Source of the DNA: Scyliorhinus canicula
Taxonomy: Eukaryota
NCBI RefSeq assembly: GCF_902713615.1
Contig: NW_024055744.1
Coordinates: 594,593-653,146 of the forward strand
Direction of reading: 5' to 3'
Length of the DNA: 58,554 bases
Below are positions 44,560-58,220 of this stretch, piece by piece. The notes beneath the pieces were generated by a model. That model was not told the DNA's origin, made no database searches, and saw nothing but the letters and a program-made list of their open reading frames with translations. Every line of letters starts with the position of its first letter. The stretch's first letter is position 1. Both the position numbers and the translations under genes were made by a program.

Positions 44560-44880
44560 GAGGGGGCTTTGCTCTGTACTGTACCTGTCCTTCGAGTATT
44601 TGAGGAGAAATTGTTAAGGGAAGTTTACTCAGTAACTAAATGTTTACTGTTGGGGCCCTGGGAGTGTATAATGGGACAGGTTTCAGGAAGCTTTCGTCTT
44701 TATCTGATCCTGTGATGCATTTGGCCTGAGAGTGTTTGCTGGTTCAGTGTGCAGGAAGCTTTGCTCTGTATGCAACCCCGTACTGTACCTGGCCTGCGAG
44801 AATTAGACGGAATAGTTTAGACAAGCAAAGCGTTACTGAAGCTGTCCTTGGAATTCTGATGGGACACGAGGAATGGAAAG
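44560..44880 (+). repeat. Degenerate ~65-bp satellite-like repeat
   Basis: Recurring GGAGTGTTTGATGGGACAG...GCTTTGCTCTGTA...CTGTACCTG words; the same family occurs at 57.6-58.2 kb. Confidence 0.6.
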
Positions 44881-45179
44881 GTCTGGGACAAATATCTTAA
44901 TGTCTGTGTCATATATGAAAAGTGGGGAAAATTGATGCTTAGGTGGTTAAAGGGGCAGGAGCAGAATGTGCACAACAGTGACTAAGGGACAGTTCTTAAC
45001 AATTGTTTCAGATTGGGTGGGGTACAGAGTGCTATTCTCCAGTGGGTAATATTAGCAGCACTGCTTTTTCTGTTATATATTAATAGACAGGACTCGGGGC
45101 TCGGGTTCACAGGATATCAATTGAACTGTTTCGTGTGTCTCCCAAATTGACAATGTAGTAAACAGGGAAGAGGATTACA

Positions 45180-45640
45180 TACATAGATACATAGAAGTTC
45201 GGAGGAGGAGGCCTTTTGGCCCTTCGAGCCTGCTCCGCCATTTGTCACGATCATGGCTGATCATCCAACTCAATATCCTAATCCTGCTTTCTCCCCACAG
45301 CCTTTGATCCCATTCTCCCCAAGTGCTATATCTAGCCGCCTCTTGAACATATTCAATGTTTTAGAATCAACTATTTCCTGTGCTAATAAATTCCACAGGC
45401 TCACCACTCTTTGGGTGACGAAATGTCTCCTTATCTCTGTCCGAAATGAATTCTGAATCCTCAGGCAGTGACCCCTGGTTCTGGACACACCCATCATCGG
45501 GAACATCTTCCCTGCATCTACACTGTCTCGTCCTGCGGGAATTTTATAAGTCTCTATGAGATCCCCACTCATTCTTCTGAACTCCATCGAGAACATTCCT
45601 AACGTAGTCAATCTCTCCTCATATGACAGTCCCGCCGTCC
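45180..45640 (-). mobile_element. CR1 3' fragment
   Basis: ORF 45270-45611 (FRRMSGDLIETYKI...RTRGH...VTQRVVSLWN). Confidence 0.85.
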
Positions 45641-45989
45641 CTGGTGTTGTAACAAGGATGCGTCCAGCCTAGGCTGCAACAGGTCACTGGCTTTTTCATG
45701 TTCACAGGTAGAGAGGTGGCAGATACAATTCAATGCTGAGAAGTGATGCATTGAAACGAAATATTGGGGGGAGGGCGGTCGGTTGTATGAAAAATTAGAA
45801 AACCAAAGTTAAAAGAGAAGGTGAGAGTGCAGGGTAATGATCAGGACATTAACCGAGTGAAACGGGCCGAGGGCTTAGGGGAGGTTAGTAAAGTTTCCTG
45901 AACACGTGCTAGAGTAGGGAGTATGGATAGAGGTGTGTATGCAACTTCAGGCACAGCAGAAAAAGGGACAACGATGAGAAGGGATGGTC

Positions 45990-47860
45990 AACGCAGAACG
46001 GAGGGTATTGTACCTAAATGTGGGCAGTATACGGAACAAGGTAAATGAACTCATTGCACACATTGAAATTGGCATGCATGGACAAAGGGGGCGGGGTTGC
46101 ATTGCGAGTAAGGAATGAAATTAACTCGATAGCAAGAAGCAATTTAGTGTCCGAAAGTGTAGAATCCCTGTGGGCAGAGTTGACGAATCTCAAAGGAAAA
46201 AAGACCCTGATGAGAGGTACGTACAGCCCCCTAGCCGTAGTCAGAATGTGGGGCACAATATCAATCAGCAGATTGAAAAGGCACATAAGAGAGGAAATAT
46301 TATAATAATCATGGGGGACTTCAATATGGAGGAGGACAGGGAAAGTCAGTTTGGTAGCAGATCCCAAGAAAAGGAATTTTGTGAAATACTGACGAGATGT
46401 TTTTTTTTGGAGCAGCTTGTGATAGATCCCAGTCGTGAACAGGTAGTTCTGCATTTGGTGATGTATAATGAGACTTGAGTAGGGAACTTAAGATGAAGGA
46501 ACACACGGGCAATGACCACAATATGATATAATTCACCCTGCAGTTTGGGAGGTAGAAGCTGTAATGACATGTAACGGTATTACAATTGAATAAAGGTAAC
46601 TACAAAGATAAAGGGAGGAGCTGGCCAGATTTGATTGGACAGGGAGCCGAGCAGGGAGACAGTGGAACAGCAGTGGCAGGACGTTTTGGGGATTATTCGC
46701 GAGGCACTGCAAAAATTAATCCCAAAGAGGAGAAACCATGCTGAGGGGAGGACAGAGCATCCATGGTTGACAAGGGAAGTCAAGGACAGCATAAAAGCAA
46801 AGGATGCAATGTGGAGAAGATTACTGGGATGCCAGAGGATACGGAAGCCTTTAAAGGCTGATGTAATGTAAAAGCTAATAAAGATTTTATTATTACCTTT
46901 GAACTGAGGGCACTAATGCTACGTTTTCAGATGATGCTCAGATACGTAGAGGGACAGATTGTGCTGAGGAAGCAGAGAGGCTGCAGAAAGACCTGGTCAG
47001 GCTAAGAGAGTGTGCAAAGCAGTGGAAGATGGAATACAATGTAGAAAAGTGTAAAGTTCTGCATTTTGGAGGAAACATAGAGTATTTTCTAATTGGAGTA
47101 GGGCGTAGGAAATCAGAAGCTCAAATGCACTTAGGAATTCTAGTTGACGATTCTCTTAAGGTTAACATGCAAGTTCAGTTGGCAGCTGGGAAGACAAATG
47201 CAATGTTAGCATTCATGTCGCGAGGGCTAGATTACAAGAGCAGGGATGTAACTGTTGACGCTCTATAAGACTCTGGTCAGACCCCATTTGGAATATTGTG
47301 AGCAGTTTTGGTCGCCTTATCTAAGAAACAACGTGCTGGCCTTGGAGAAGCTCCAGAGGAGATTCACAAGACTGATCCTCGGAATGACGGACTTGTCATA
47401 TGAGGAGCGGTTGAGGACTCTGGGTCTGTGCTGGATAGAGTTTAGAAGGATGAGGCGTCGTGAGCGGAGTGGGCCGCGGGGCGGTGGTGTGTGGGGTGGG
47501 GTCACATTGAAACTTTCAGAATAGTGAGAGGCCTAGTAGGTGAAACGAGAACCCGAGGGCACAGCTTCAGATTTAAGGGACAATCCTTCACAACTGAGAA
47601 GAGGATAACTTTATTCAACCAGGGGGTCTTGAATCTGTGGAACTCATTCCCGCAGAAGGCTGTGGAGGCCAAATCACTGAGGGTCTATAAGATAGAGGCA
47701 GACAGATTATTGATTAATTACGGGACCAGGGATTATGGGGAGAAGGCGGGAGAATGAGGATTAGAAACATAACAGTCATGATTCAATGTGGAGCAGACTC
47801 GATGGACTAAAAGGACGGGTTCTGCTCCTATGTTTTATGATTTTATGGTAGGAAGACCAT
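45990..47860 (+). mobile_element. Degraded CR1 LINE (endonuclease to 3' end, with deletions)
   Basis: Remnants KGGGVAL, IIMGDFN, LYKTLVRPHLEYCEQFWSPY and a 3' tail. Confidence 0.85.
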
Positions 47861-47984
47861 CTATGGACAATCTTAGAATAGATAGGTGTTTGATTGTCGT
47901 CGCAGAAATGATCGGTGGAAGGGCATCTTTCTATACTGTAAAACTCTCAGACTCCATGACCCTATGACAGAGTCTAAAGCAATG

Positions 47985-49320
47985 ATCACTAATACAAAGA
48001 ACAAAGAAAATTACAGCACAGGAACAGGCCCTTCGGCCCTCCCAGCCTGCGCCGATCCGGATCCTTTATCTAAACCTGTCGCCTATTTTCCAAGGATCTA
48101 CTTCCCTCCGTTCCCCGCCCGTTCATATATCTGTCCAGATGCATCTTAAATGATGCTAAAGTGCCCGCCTCGACCACCTCCGCTGGCAAAGCATTCCAGG
48201 CACCCTCTGCGTAAAAAACTTTCCACGCACATCTCCCTTAAACTTTCCCCCTCTCACCTTGAAATCGTGACCCCTTGTAATTGACACCCCCACTCTTGGA
48301 AAAAGCGTGTTGCTATTCACCCTGTCCATACCTCTCATAATTTTGTAGACCTCAATCCGGTCCCCCCTCAACCTCCGTCTTTCCAACGAAAACAATCCTA
48401 ATCTACTCAACCTATCTTCATAGCTTGTACCCTCCATACCAAGCAACATCCCGGTGAACCTCCTCTGCACCCTCTCTAAAGCGTCCACACCCTTCTGGTA
48501 ATGTGGCGACCAGAACTGCATGCAGTATTCCAATTGTGGCCTCACCAAAGTCCTATACAACTGTAACATGACCTGCCGACTCTTGTACTCAATACCCCGT
48601 CGGATGAAGGCAAGCATGCTGTATGCCTTCTTGACCACTCTATTGACCTGCGTTGCCATATTCAGGGTACAATGGACCTGAACTCCCAGATCTCTCTGTA
48701 CATCAATTTTCCCCAGGACTCTTCCATTTACCATATAGTCCGCTCTTGAATTAGATCTTCCAAAATGCATCACCTCGCATTTTCCTGGATTGAACTCGAT
48801 CTGCCAATTCTCTGCCCAACTCTCCAATCTATCAATATTTTGCTGTATTCTCTGACAGTCCTCCTCGCTATCTGCAACTCCACCAATCTTAGTATCATCT
48901 GCAAACATGCTCATCACCACCTATACCTTCGTCCAGATCATTTATGTGTATCAAAAACAACAGTGGTCTGAGCACGGATCCCTGTGGAACACCACTCGTC
49001 ACCGTTCTCCATTTTGAGACACTCCCTTCCAACGCTGCTCTCTGTCTCCTGTTGCCCAGCCAGTTCTTTATCCATCTAGTTAGTACACCCTGAACACCAT
49101 ACTTCACTTTTTCCATCAACCTGCCATGGGAAACTTTATCAAACGCCTTACTGACGTCCCTGTATATGACATCTACAGCCCTTCCCTCATTAATTAACTT
49201 TGTCACTTCCTCAAAGAATTCTATTAGGTTTGTAAGACATGACCTTCCCTGCACAAAACCATGCTACCTGTCACTGATAAGTCTATTTTCTTCCAAATGT
49301 GAATAGATCCTATCCTTCAG
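47985..49320 (-). mobile_element. 5'-truncated CR1 LINE with frameshifts
   Basis: ORFs 48895-49254 and 48156-48920 ([24 protein letters not shown]). Confidence 0.9.
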
Positions 49321-49354
49321 GGGTACAGGGTGTAGGTTAACCTAAATTGAGATT

Positions 49355-49545
49355 GAAATGAAATGAAATGAAAATCGCTTATTATCACGAGTAGGCTTCA
49401 ATGAAGTTACTGTGAAAAGCCCCGAGTCGCCACATTCCGGCGCCTGTCTGGGGAGGCTGGCACGGGAATCGAACCGTGCTGCTGGCCTACTTGGTCTGCT
49501 TCAAAAGCTAGCGATTTAGCCCAGTGAGCTAAACCAGCCCCTGGA
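49355..49545 (-). mobile_element. tRNA-derived SINE
   Basis: Same family as 38547. Confidence 0.85.
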
Positions 49546-49549
49546 TCCC

Positions 49550-49750
49550 GTGCAGTGATTACTGATACAGGGTATAGATTAACATAAACCGAGACATGTT
49601 CTAGTGCAGCGATTACCGATACAAAGTTTCATTAACTTAAATGAGATAGGATCTAAAGCAGTGATTATTGATACAGTATCTAGAATATTATAAACTAAGG
49701 CAGGGTCTATTGCAGTCATTCCTGGTCAAGGTCTGGAATAATATACGTGT
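49550..49750 (+). repeat. Second block of the ~54-bp satellite
   Basis: TGCAG(T/C)GATT-like register at 49551, 49605, ~49657 and 49711. Confidence 0.7.
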
Positions 49751-50739
49751 ACAGAGTTATTAGGCCAGATGATTAAAAATGTGGTTGATGAGGCCGGTTA
49801 TGGGATGATTTTAATAAGGGAATTGAGGTAACGAGGTGTAGGGAATGAATACCAGAGCTGAGGACCGAGACATATGAAGATATCGCAAAATCAACCAAAT
49901 AATTCTGAAGATAACAATACGCCTTGATCGTTTGGAGTTGCAAAAATTAAGAAAAATGTTTCATATGCATACCTACACTAACGGCTAATACGCTTTTGCA
50001 ACGATTTTAGTTGCTCTTCTTAACCAGATGAGTGTTTTATGATTGGGTGGACATTTCTCCTATGGGTGCCCACCATTACCATCGTGGCGATACTGTGAGA
50101 ACACGGTTCTGTCTAACTCTGCCAGTGCACAGATGATCGGTTAATATAAATCGAGGCAGGAAAATAATCACCATCATGAAAAAAAACTTTCCATTCGATA
50201 GAGTATAACACAAGAGTAAATTCATCATTTTGAACAAAACAGAGATTTCCATGAAATTTTGGGAATTGCAGTGCACCGGTGTTCACATGTAGACATGTCT
50301 CACAAGATCAATTCATTACTGGGATGTTGGTAAAATATTCAACTCAATATTGCCCACATGATAGCAAAGCAAATACACATTTAATACAACTACTTATAGA
50401 TATTAACATGAATTAACATAATCTCAAAATCAACGATGATTGTACTTGGAGAAACAAGCAAACATGCCCAATAATTTATAATATCGAGACAGGTAACAGG
50501 AACATGGTCCGGTTAATATCAACAGAGACAGGCCTTGGCGTGATGTGAAGATGCAAATTCGTGTGGAATATAGAAGAGGCGGAACTTAATGTGATCTAAT
50601 CCTATGTATGTTCTAGCGTATTCTTAATTGAGTGCAGCACAAACAGTACAGTGTGGTATAGACAGGGACAGGGGCTACTTTAATAGAAATAAAGACAGAG
50701 TCTCATTTAACATGAGAATAAACAGATTTGATGTAATAC

Positions 50740-51110
50740 AGTGCCAGAGAAAGTAGAGCAGGAGTAGACCATTATGCCCTTCGAGCCTGCTCCGCTATTC
50801 ATTATGATCATGGCTGATCATCCACCTTAGTAACCTGTTCCCACTTTCCTCCATATCATTTGGTCCCTTCAGAGTTTTGATCCCCAAGAGCTTTATCTAA
50901 CTCCTCCTTGAAAACATACAATACTTTGGAGTCAACTTCGTTCTGTGGTAGAGAATTCAACAAGTTCACAACTCCCAGGGTGAAGATATTACTCCTCATC
51001 TCAGTATTAAATGGTTTACCCCGTATCCTTAGATTGTGACCCCTGGTTCTACCTTCCCCGCCATCGGACACATCCTTTCTGCATCTTCCCTGTCCAGTCC
51101 TTTTACAATT
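50740..51110 (-). mobile_element. CR1 3' fragment
   Basis: ORF 50856-51071 (RTRGHNLRIRGKPFNTEMR). Confidence 0.85.
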
Positions 51111-51454
51111 TGATAGGTTTATAATGAGGGGGAAATTAATATTTCATAAATTAGTGTCTTCTGATTTCTGACCCTCCTGCCAGTGAATCAACTTTCTTCC
51201 TAATTAATCAAACAAAGCCATTCATAATTTTGACCATTTTTACCACGCCTCCCAAAAACTGCTCGGTTCGAAGGAAAACAATCCGAGCTTCCAACCAACG
51301 TGACCGTGCAGCTCATGCAGTGTGAAGACCCAGTTGTATATATGTTTCTGCCTTGCTTGTGTTCAGATGCTATTTTTGGAATTACTGACATTTTATATGG
51401 AGCCAGTGGAATTACCGCTCACCATTACCATCGTGTCCGAATTAGACACAAGAC

Positions 51455-51680
51455 GGGGCAGCATGGTCATGCAGTTGTTCGCACTGCTGCCTCACGGTGC
51501 CGAGGTACCAGGTTCAATCCCGACTCTCGGTCCCTGACTGCGTGAAGTTTGCACATCCTCCCCGTGTCTGCGTGGGTTTCACCCCCAAAACCCGAAGATG
51601 TACAGGGTAGGTGGATTGGCTGCGCTAAATTGCCCCTTGATTTGGAAAAAATTAATTGGGTACTCTAAATTTATAACAAG
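51455..51680 (+). mobile_element. HE1-type SINE (short form)
   Basis: GGGGCAGCATGG...CCCCTTGATTTGGAAAAAATTAATTGGG tail, as at 9056. Confidence 0.85.
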
Positions 51681-52359
51681 AATAAGACACAAGACGAAGA
51701 AAAGACTAGCCTCTGAAAATTAAATTGACCCATGTAAGGCTGCACCCAGAATAAGAACTTTAGATACACTGAGCAATATTTCAGAATGTAATGTCAACAT
51801 GCAAACCATGATAGGTTAACAGTCTTGTCTCAGTGGAATCAATATCACTTCTCACAACAGATACCTGAGCCCATGACCCAGATGTGATCCAATGCAGGAG
51901 TATTTTATGTTTCAGTTGCTCCATCTTTTAGATGTGGTGATATTACAGTCCTAGGGGTGCTTCGCAATATATTACTGGACTGGTAATCTGGAGGCATAAA
52001 CTATTAATCCAGAGACTCGAATACAAATTCCACCAGGGCATATTGCAATGATGTGAGCAGTTTTGGTCTCCTTCCCTCAGGATAGATATTTTGGAGGCAG
52101 TCCAGAGAAGGTTCATTAGGTTAATCTCGGGTGTGGATGGATTTTAATTGGTAGCTGGAATTTCACAGCACATAAAGAGGTTCTTCGGCACATCGTTACT
52201 GCGCCTGTCATCAAATAGAGAGGAATCCGGCCCGTGGAAAGTCTTGAAACACAAACCTCTCGGTTTTGCAGCGAAAAACGTTGACCAATTTCACCACAGA
52301 GACTGACATGAGGAGAGTCTAAATTGGGAAGACCTACACGCATTGGTGTTTTGAACAAT

Positions 52360-52735
52360 GAGAGGCGAACTTACTGAGATATGTAGTATTTTCAAGGAGC
52401 TTGACAGTGTGGATGCTCGAGGTTGTTTCTGCTTGTGGGAGAGTCTGGGACTGTAGGGTACCATCTCAGAGTAAGGTGTCGCTCATTTCAGACGTGGATG
52501 AAGAGGAATTTCGTCTCTCAGAGGGGAGTAATTCTATGGTGCAGAGAATTGGAGAGGCGGGTCAATAAATATGTCAAGACTGTGACAGACAGATTTTCAT
52601 TAGTCAGGGAATCAAGGATTATGGGGATAAGGCGGAAAGTGGAGTTGAGGATTTATAGATCAGCCACGATCTCATTGAATGGCAGATCATATTCCATGGG
52701 CCGAATGGCCACCTTCTGCTCCTACACCATATGGT
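52360..52735 (+). mobile_element. CR1 3' fragment
   Basis: CR1 tail ending ATGGGCCGAATGGCCACCTTCTGCTCC. Confidence 0.8.
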
Positions 52736-52737
52736 TT

Positions 52738-52915
52738 GAAAATGAAAATTGCTTATTGTCACGACTAGGCTTCAATGAGGTTAATGTGAAAAGCCCCTAG
52801 TCGCCACACTCCGACACCTGGCCGGGGAGACTGGTACGGGAATCGAACCATGCTGCTGGCCTGCTTGGTCTGCTTTAAAAAGCAGCGAATTAGCCCAGTG
52901 AGCTAAACCAGCCGC
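52738..52915 (-). mobile_element. tRNA-derived SINE
   Basis: Same family as 38547. Confidence 0.85.
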
Positions 52916-52919
52916 TGGT

Positions 52920-53160
52920 TTTATGGCAGCTGGGGGACTTTCAATTGAATGAATTAATAAATCAGAAATAAAATTGTTGCGTCATTCATAATACTCATGA
53001 AGCTAGCGAAATTTCTCAAAGCCCAGCAGGTTCACCAATATCCTTCAGGAGAAGAAATCTTCCCTGCTTACCCTGTCTGGCCTATAGGTGACTAGTTCAG
53101 CAGTGATGTGGTTGACGCTTAACTATCTCTGATATTGCCGAGCAGGCCAATCAGTTCAAG
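52920..53160 (+). mobile_element. DeuSINE body fragment (probable head at ~51950-52040, separated by later insertions)
   Basis: GGTTCACCAATATCCTTCAGGAGAAG...CTGGCCTATAGGTGACT...GTGGTTGACGCTTAAC. Confidence 0.6.
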
Positions 53161-53194
53161 GTCTGCTGCCACAGAAAGTCAGATGTGAATTCAA

Positions 53195-56180
53195 CCGGGA
53201 TGGTGCAGGCGGGAGGGATTCAGATTTCTGGATAACTGGGGCTCTTTCTGGGGAAGGTGGGACCTCTATAGACAGGATGGTCTACATCTGAACCTAAGGG
53301 GGGAAGATTTGTTAGTACTCTTTGGGGGGGGTTTAAACTAATTCAGCAAGGGCATGGGAATTTGGATTGTAGTTTTGGGGTACGGGTGATTGAGAGTAGA
53401 GAGGTCAGGAGCACAGATTTGACTTCGCAGGAGGGCGCCAGTGTTCAGGTCGGTGGTTTGAAGTGTGTCTATTTCAATGCCAGGAGTATACGAAATAAGG
53501 TAGGGGAACTGGCAGCATGGGTTGGTACCTGGGACTTCGATGTTGTGGCCATTTCAGAGACATGGATAGAGCAGGGACAGGAATGGTTGTTGCAGGTTCC
53601 GGGGTTTAGGTATTTTAGTAAGATCAGAGAAGGGGGCAAAAGAGGGGGAGGTGTGGCGCTGCTAGTCAAGGACAGTATTACGGTGGCAGAAAGGATGCAA
53701 GTTGGGGACTCTTCTTCCGAGGTAGTATGGGCTGAGGTTAGAAACAGGAAAGGAGAGGTCACACTGCTGGGAGTTTTCTATAGGCCACCTAATAGTTCTA
53801 GAGATGTAGAGGAAAGGATGGCGAAGATGATTCTGGAAAAGAGCGAAAGTAACAGGGTAGTTGTTATGGGAGACGTTAACTTTCCTAATATTGACTGGAA
53901 AATATATAGTTCGAGTACATTGGATGGGTCGTTCTTTGTACAATGTGTGCAGGAGGGTTTTCTGACACAATATGTTGACAGGCCAACAAAAGGTGAGGCC
54001 ACTTTGGATTTGCTTTTGGGTAATGAACCAGGCCAGGTGTTAGATCTGGAGGTAGGTGAACACTTTGGAGACAGTGACCACAATTCGGTGACCTTTACAT
54101 TAGTGATGGAAAGGGATAAGTATACCCCGCAGGGCAAGAGTTATAGCTGGGGGAAGGGCAATTATGATGCCATTAGACATGACTTAGGATGTGTAGGTTG
54201 GAGAAGTAGGCTGCAAGGGTTGGGCACACTGCATATGTGGAGCTTGTTCAAGGAACAGCTATTGCGTGTTCTTGATCAGTACGTACCAGTCAGACAGGGA
54301 GGAAAGGTGTAGAGCGAGGGAACCGTGGTTTACCAAAGAAGTGGAATCTCTTGTTAAGAGGAAAAAGGAGGCCTATGTGAAGATGAGGCGTGAAGTTTCA
54401 GTTGGGGCGCTTGATAGTTACAGGGAAGCGAGGAAGGATCTAAAGAGAGAGCTAAGAAGAGCCAAGCGAGGACATGAGAAGTCTTTGGCAGGTAGGATCA
54501 AGGATAACCCTAAAGCTTTCTATAGGTATGTCAGGAATAAAAGAATGACTAGGGTAGGAGTAGGGCCAGTCAAGGACAGTGGTGGGAAGCTGTGTGTGGA
54601 GGCTGAGGAGATAAGCGAGATACTAAATGAATACTTTTCGTCAGTATTCACTCAGGAAAAAGATAATATTGTGGAGGAGAATGCTGAGACCCAGGCTATT
54701 AGAATAGATGGCATTGAGGTGCGTAGGGAAGAAGTGTTGGCAATTCTGGACAAGGTGAAAATAGATAAGTCCCCGGGGCCTGGTGGGATTTATCCTAGGA
54801 TTCTCTGGGAAGCCAGGGAAGAGATTGGTGAGCCCTTGGCTTTGATTTTTAGGTCATCATTGGCTACAGGAATAGTGCCAGAGGACTGGAGGATAGCAAA
54901 TGTGGTCCCTTTGTTCAAGAAGGGGAGTAGAGATAACCCTGGTAACTATAGGCCGGTGAGCCTAACGTCTGTGGTGGGTAAAGTCTTGGAGAGGATTATA
55001 AAAGATACGATTTATAATCATCTAGATAGGAATAATATGATTAGGGATAGTCAGCATGGTTTTGTGAAGGGTAGGTCATGCCTCACAAACCTTATCGAGT
55101 TCTTTGAGAAGGTGACTGAACAGGTGGACGAGGGTAGAGCAGTTGATGTGGTGTATATGGATTTCAGTAAAGCGTTTGATAAGGTTCCCCATGGTCGGCT
55201 ATTGCAGAAAATACGGAGGCTGGAGATTGAGGGTGATTTAGAGATGTGGATCAGAAATTGGCTAGTTGAAAGAAGACAGAGAATGGTGGTTGATGGGAAA
55301 TGTTCAGAATGGAGTTCAGTTACGAGTGGCGTACCACAAGGATCTGTTCTGGGGCCGTTGCTGTTTGTCATTTTTATAAATGACCTAGAGGAGGGCGCAG
55401 AAGGATGGGTGAGTAAATTTGCAGACGACACTAAAGTCGGTGGAGTTGTAGACAGTGCGGAAGGATGTTGCAGGTTACAGAGGGACATAGATAAGCTGCA
55501 GAGCTGGGCTGAGAGGTGGCAAATGGAGTTTGATGTGGTGAAGTGTGAGGTGATTCACTTTGGAAAGAATAACAGGAATGAGGAATATTTGGCTAATGGT
55601 AAATTTCTTGGTAGTGTGGATGAGCAGAGGGATCTCGGTGTCCATGTACATAGATCCCTGAAAGTTGCCACCCAGGTTGATAGGGTTATGAAGAAGGCCT
55701 ATGGTGTGATGGCCTTTATTGGTAGAGGGATTGAGTTCCGGAGCCATGAGGTCATGTTGCAGTTGTACAAAACTCTAGTATGGCCGCATTTGGAGTATTG
55801 CGTACAGTTCTGGTCGCCTCATTATAGGAAGGACGTGGAAGCTTTGGAACGGGTGCAGAGGAGATTTACAAGGATGTTGCCTGGTATGGCTGATGGACTT
55901 GAGGTTGTTTTCGTTAGAGAGAAGAAGGTTAAGGGGTGACTTAATAGAGGCATACAAAATGATCAGAGGGTTACGCAAAGAGTGGTGAGGCCGTGGAATG
56001 CCCTACCTACAACAGTAGTGAACTCGCCAACATTGAGGGCATTTAAAAGTTTACTGGATAAGCACATGGATGATAAGGGCATAGTGCAGGTTAGATGGCC
56101 TTTAGTTTTTTCCATGTTGGTGCAACATCAAGGGCCGAAGGGCCTGTACTGCGCTGTATAGTTCTATGTTCTATGTTCTA
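53195..56180 (+). mobile_element. Long young CR1 LINE: end of ORF1, then ORF2 endonuclease (53362-54312) and RT (54266-55939) split by a frameshift, with 3' deletions
   Basis: ORF1 remnant FRFLDNWGSFWGRWDLYRQDGLHLN; EN motifs FNARS, ISETW, GVFYRPP, GDVN, SDH; RT motifs; TTCTATG tail. Confidence 0.95.
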
Positions 56181-56459
56181 AGTGCACCTTATCTAAAAGG
56201 TGGTTCACATCCGGCTTCTCAGGATGGACAGTTAATGCTGACTTAGCCAGTGAGGGCTATATTCCGAGAATGAATGTTAAAAACTGTGCAAAGTGCTGCA
56301 GATTCCGGAAATGTAAAACAAAAACAAAACAAAAGGCTGCTCAGCAGGTCAGTGAGCAGAGAGAGGAACAGATTCACATTTCAGGCATAATTGTAAAGAG
56401 TAGAGCTGCTTTTCCCAGTATCTTGGACCAACATCCGTTCTTGAACTAAAATCACAGAT

Positions 56460-56640
56460 TAGCTGGTCACTTATCACATCTCAGTTTGTGGGAGCTTGCT
56501 GTGCGCAAATTCTCCGCTCTGTTTCCGACATTACAGCAGTGACTAAATTCAGCAAAAATATATCAGTGAGTTTTAAGGGCGTTGGGATGACCTGAGGTCG
56601 GGTAGAGCGTTTTACAAAAGCAAGCTCTTTCCAAACGTTA
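56460..56640 (+). mobile_element. Old SINE/L2-type tail fragment
   Basis: TTTGTGGGAGCTTGCTGTGCGCAAATT...ACATTACAGCAGTGACT...GGGATGACCTGAGGTC. Confidence 0.55.
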
Positions 56641-57379
56641 ACATTTTAAAATGCAAATTGTAATATGTCGACTGATCAGAGATTAATGTGACTATAGATC
56701 AATCCTCTGCCTGATGTTTTAATCTATCTACTTTAAATCGGTTAATATTTCAATCAAATTAACATTCAGTGGAAAAGTAGCTGGTTAAAGATGCATTATT
56801 AATTGAGGCATCAGAACTTTCAGAATGAATACTTAATTTAAAGTTTTTTTTATTTCAATTAAGTAACATCTGTCCTAATGGAAGTTTCTATTCATTTTAA
56901 CCAACTGTCAATATTCCTAAAATAAACCGCTATTTTGAGGTAAAACTGATCAATATGTGAATGTGTTATCTCGTTTTGCTGACATGAACATTCATTGTGA
57001 CCAGTGAAGTGTTTATGTAAATAAACTCATAAATAGAAGTCCCAGATTAGATTGCGGACTGAGAAAAGCAAAACAAATGTTTCCCCACCAACACAGCACA
57101 AAATAGAGCCAAAGATGGAAATAGATCAACGGATTCCAGTAGTTTTTTTTCGACATTTTTTATGAATCAGTTATATGAGAAAAATGTCATTATGATATCC
57201 ATGTTCATAATTAGGAAAGATTCCCTCTAATCTCTAAATATAAGAGCATGCAAGTGTGTTCGTAGAATTTTCCTGTATCCTATCTCTCTCTATATCTTTC
57301 TCATATCTGGTTCTATCTCATGTCTCTCCACGAAGGGTCATTGTCTTTAATCGACATGTGGCAACAATAATAACAATTT

Positions 57380-57512
57380 TACTGTGAAAAGCCCCATGTC
57401 GCCACATTCTGGCGCTTGTTCCGGTAAGCTGGAACAGGAATTGAACGCGCGCTGCTGGTCTTGTTCTGCATCACAAACCAGCTGTCTAGCCCACTGAGCT
57501 AAACCAGCCCTC
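57380..57512 (-). mobile_element. tRNA-derived SINE
   Basis: TTACTGTGAAAAGCCCC...GAGCTAAACCAGCCC. Confidence 0.8.
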
Positions 57513-57639
57513 TCAGCCTGAACTCACCCCGTTGGCTTCCAACTAAATGCACCGAATCCAATGTATTGGAATCCGGCGAGGGAGTTTTATGCTAAAATGA
57601 GGTTGGAGTATTCAATGATCTTGGGGTATTTAATGAGAA

Positions 57640-58220
57640 CTGTAGAGACAAGTTTCCTCTATATCTGATCTGGGCTGCACGTGGTGGTTGAGGATTTGAT
57701 GTGGCAGGGCAGAAGAATCTTTCCTTGCACTTTATCCAGCTGCCGAGACCTTGGAGCATTGACTGAAGAGTGTAGAGCAAGTTTACTTGCATGTAACCTG
57801 CACTGAACCTGCCCTGTGTGTGTTTGATATGACTGTACATAGGGAGATTTACTCCGTATCTGAACTGTGCTGTACCTGACCTGGGTGGGTTTGATGGGAA
57901 AATGCAGAGGTTTCTTACCCTGTAACTAACCCCACTGTCAACCTGTCTTGGAGATCTCTGAAGGAAGAGGGCAGAAGAGGTTTTACCTGATATAGAACCT
58001 TTGGTTTTTCGGCCTTTAATGTGTTTGAGCGAGTTATGTAGAGGGAATTTCATTCTATATCTAACCAATCTGCAGCTGCTCTGAGAATGTTTGATGGGGA
58101 CAGTGTGAGGGAGTTCTCTTGTCTCCAACCTGTGATGCCCCTGTCCTGCTAGTATTTGAAGGGACACTAGGCCCTGCGCTGTTTTGTACCAGGCCGTGAG
58201 CCCGTCTCTGTTTATGTTAT
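57640..58220 (+). repeat. Degenerate ~65-bp satellite array
   Basis: Recurring GTGTTTGATGGG..CAGTGTAGAGGGAG.TTTACTC.GTATCT.ACC.GTGCTGTACCTG.CCTG. Confidence 0.65.

Noticed and set aside
57592-58167. 191-aa minus ORF
   Set aside because: It lies on a degenerate ~65-bp satellite and has no recognisable domain.
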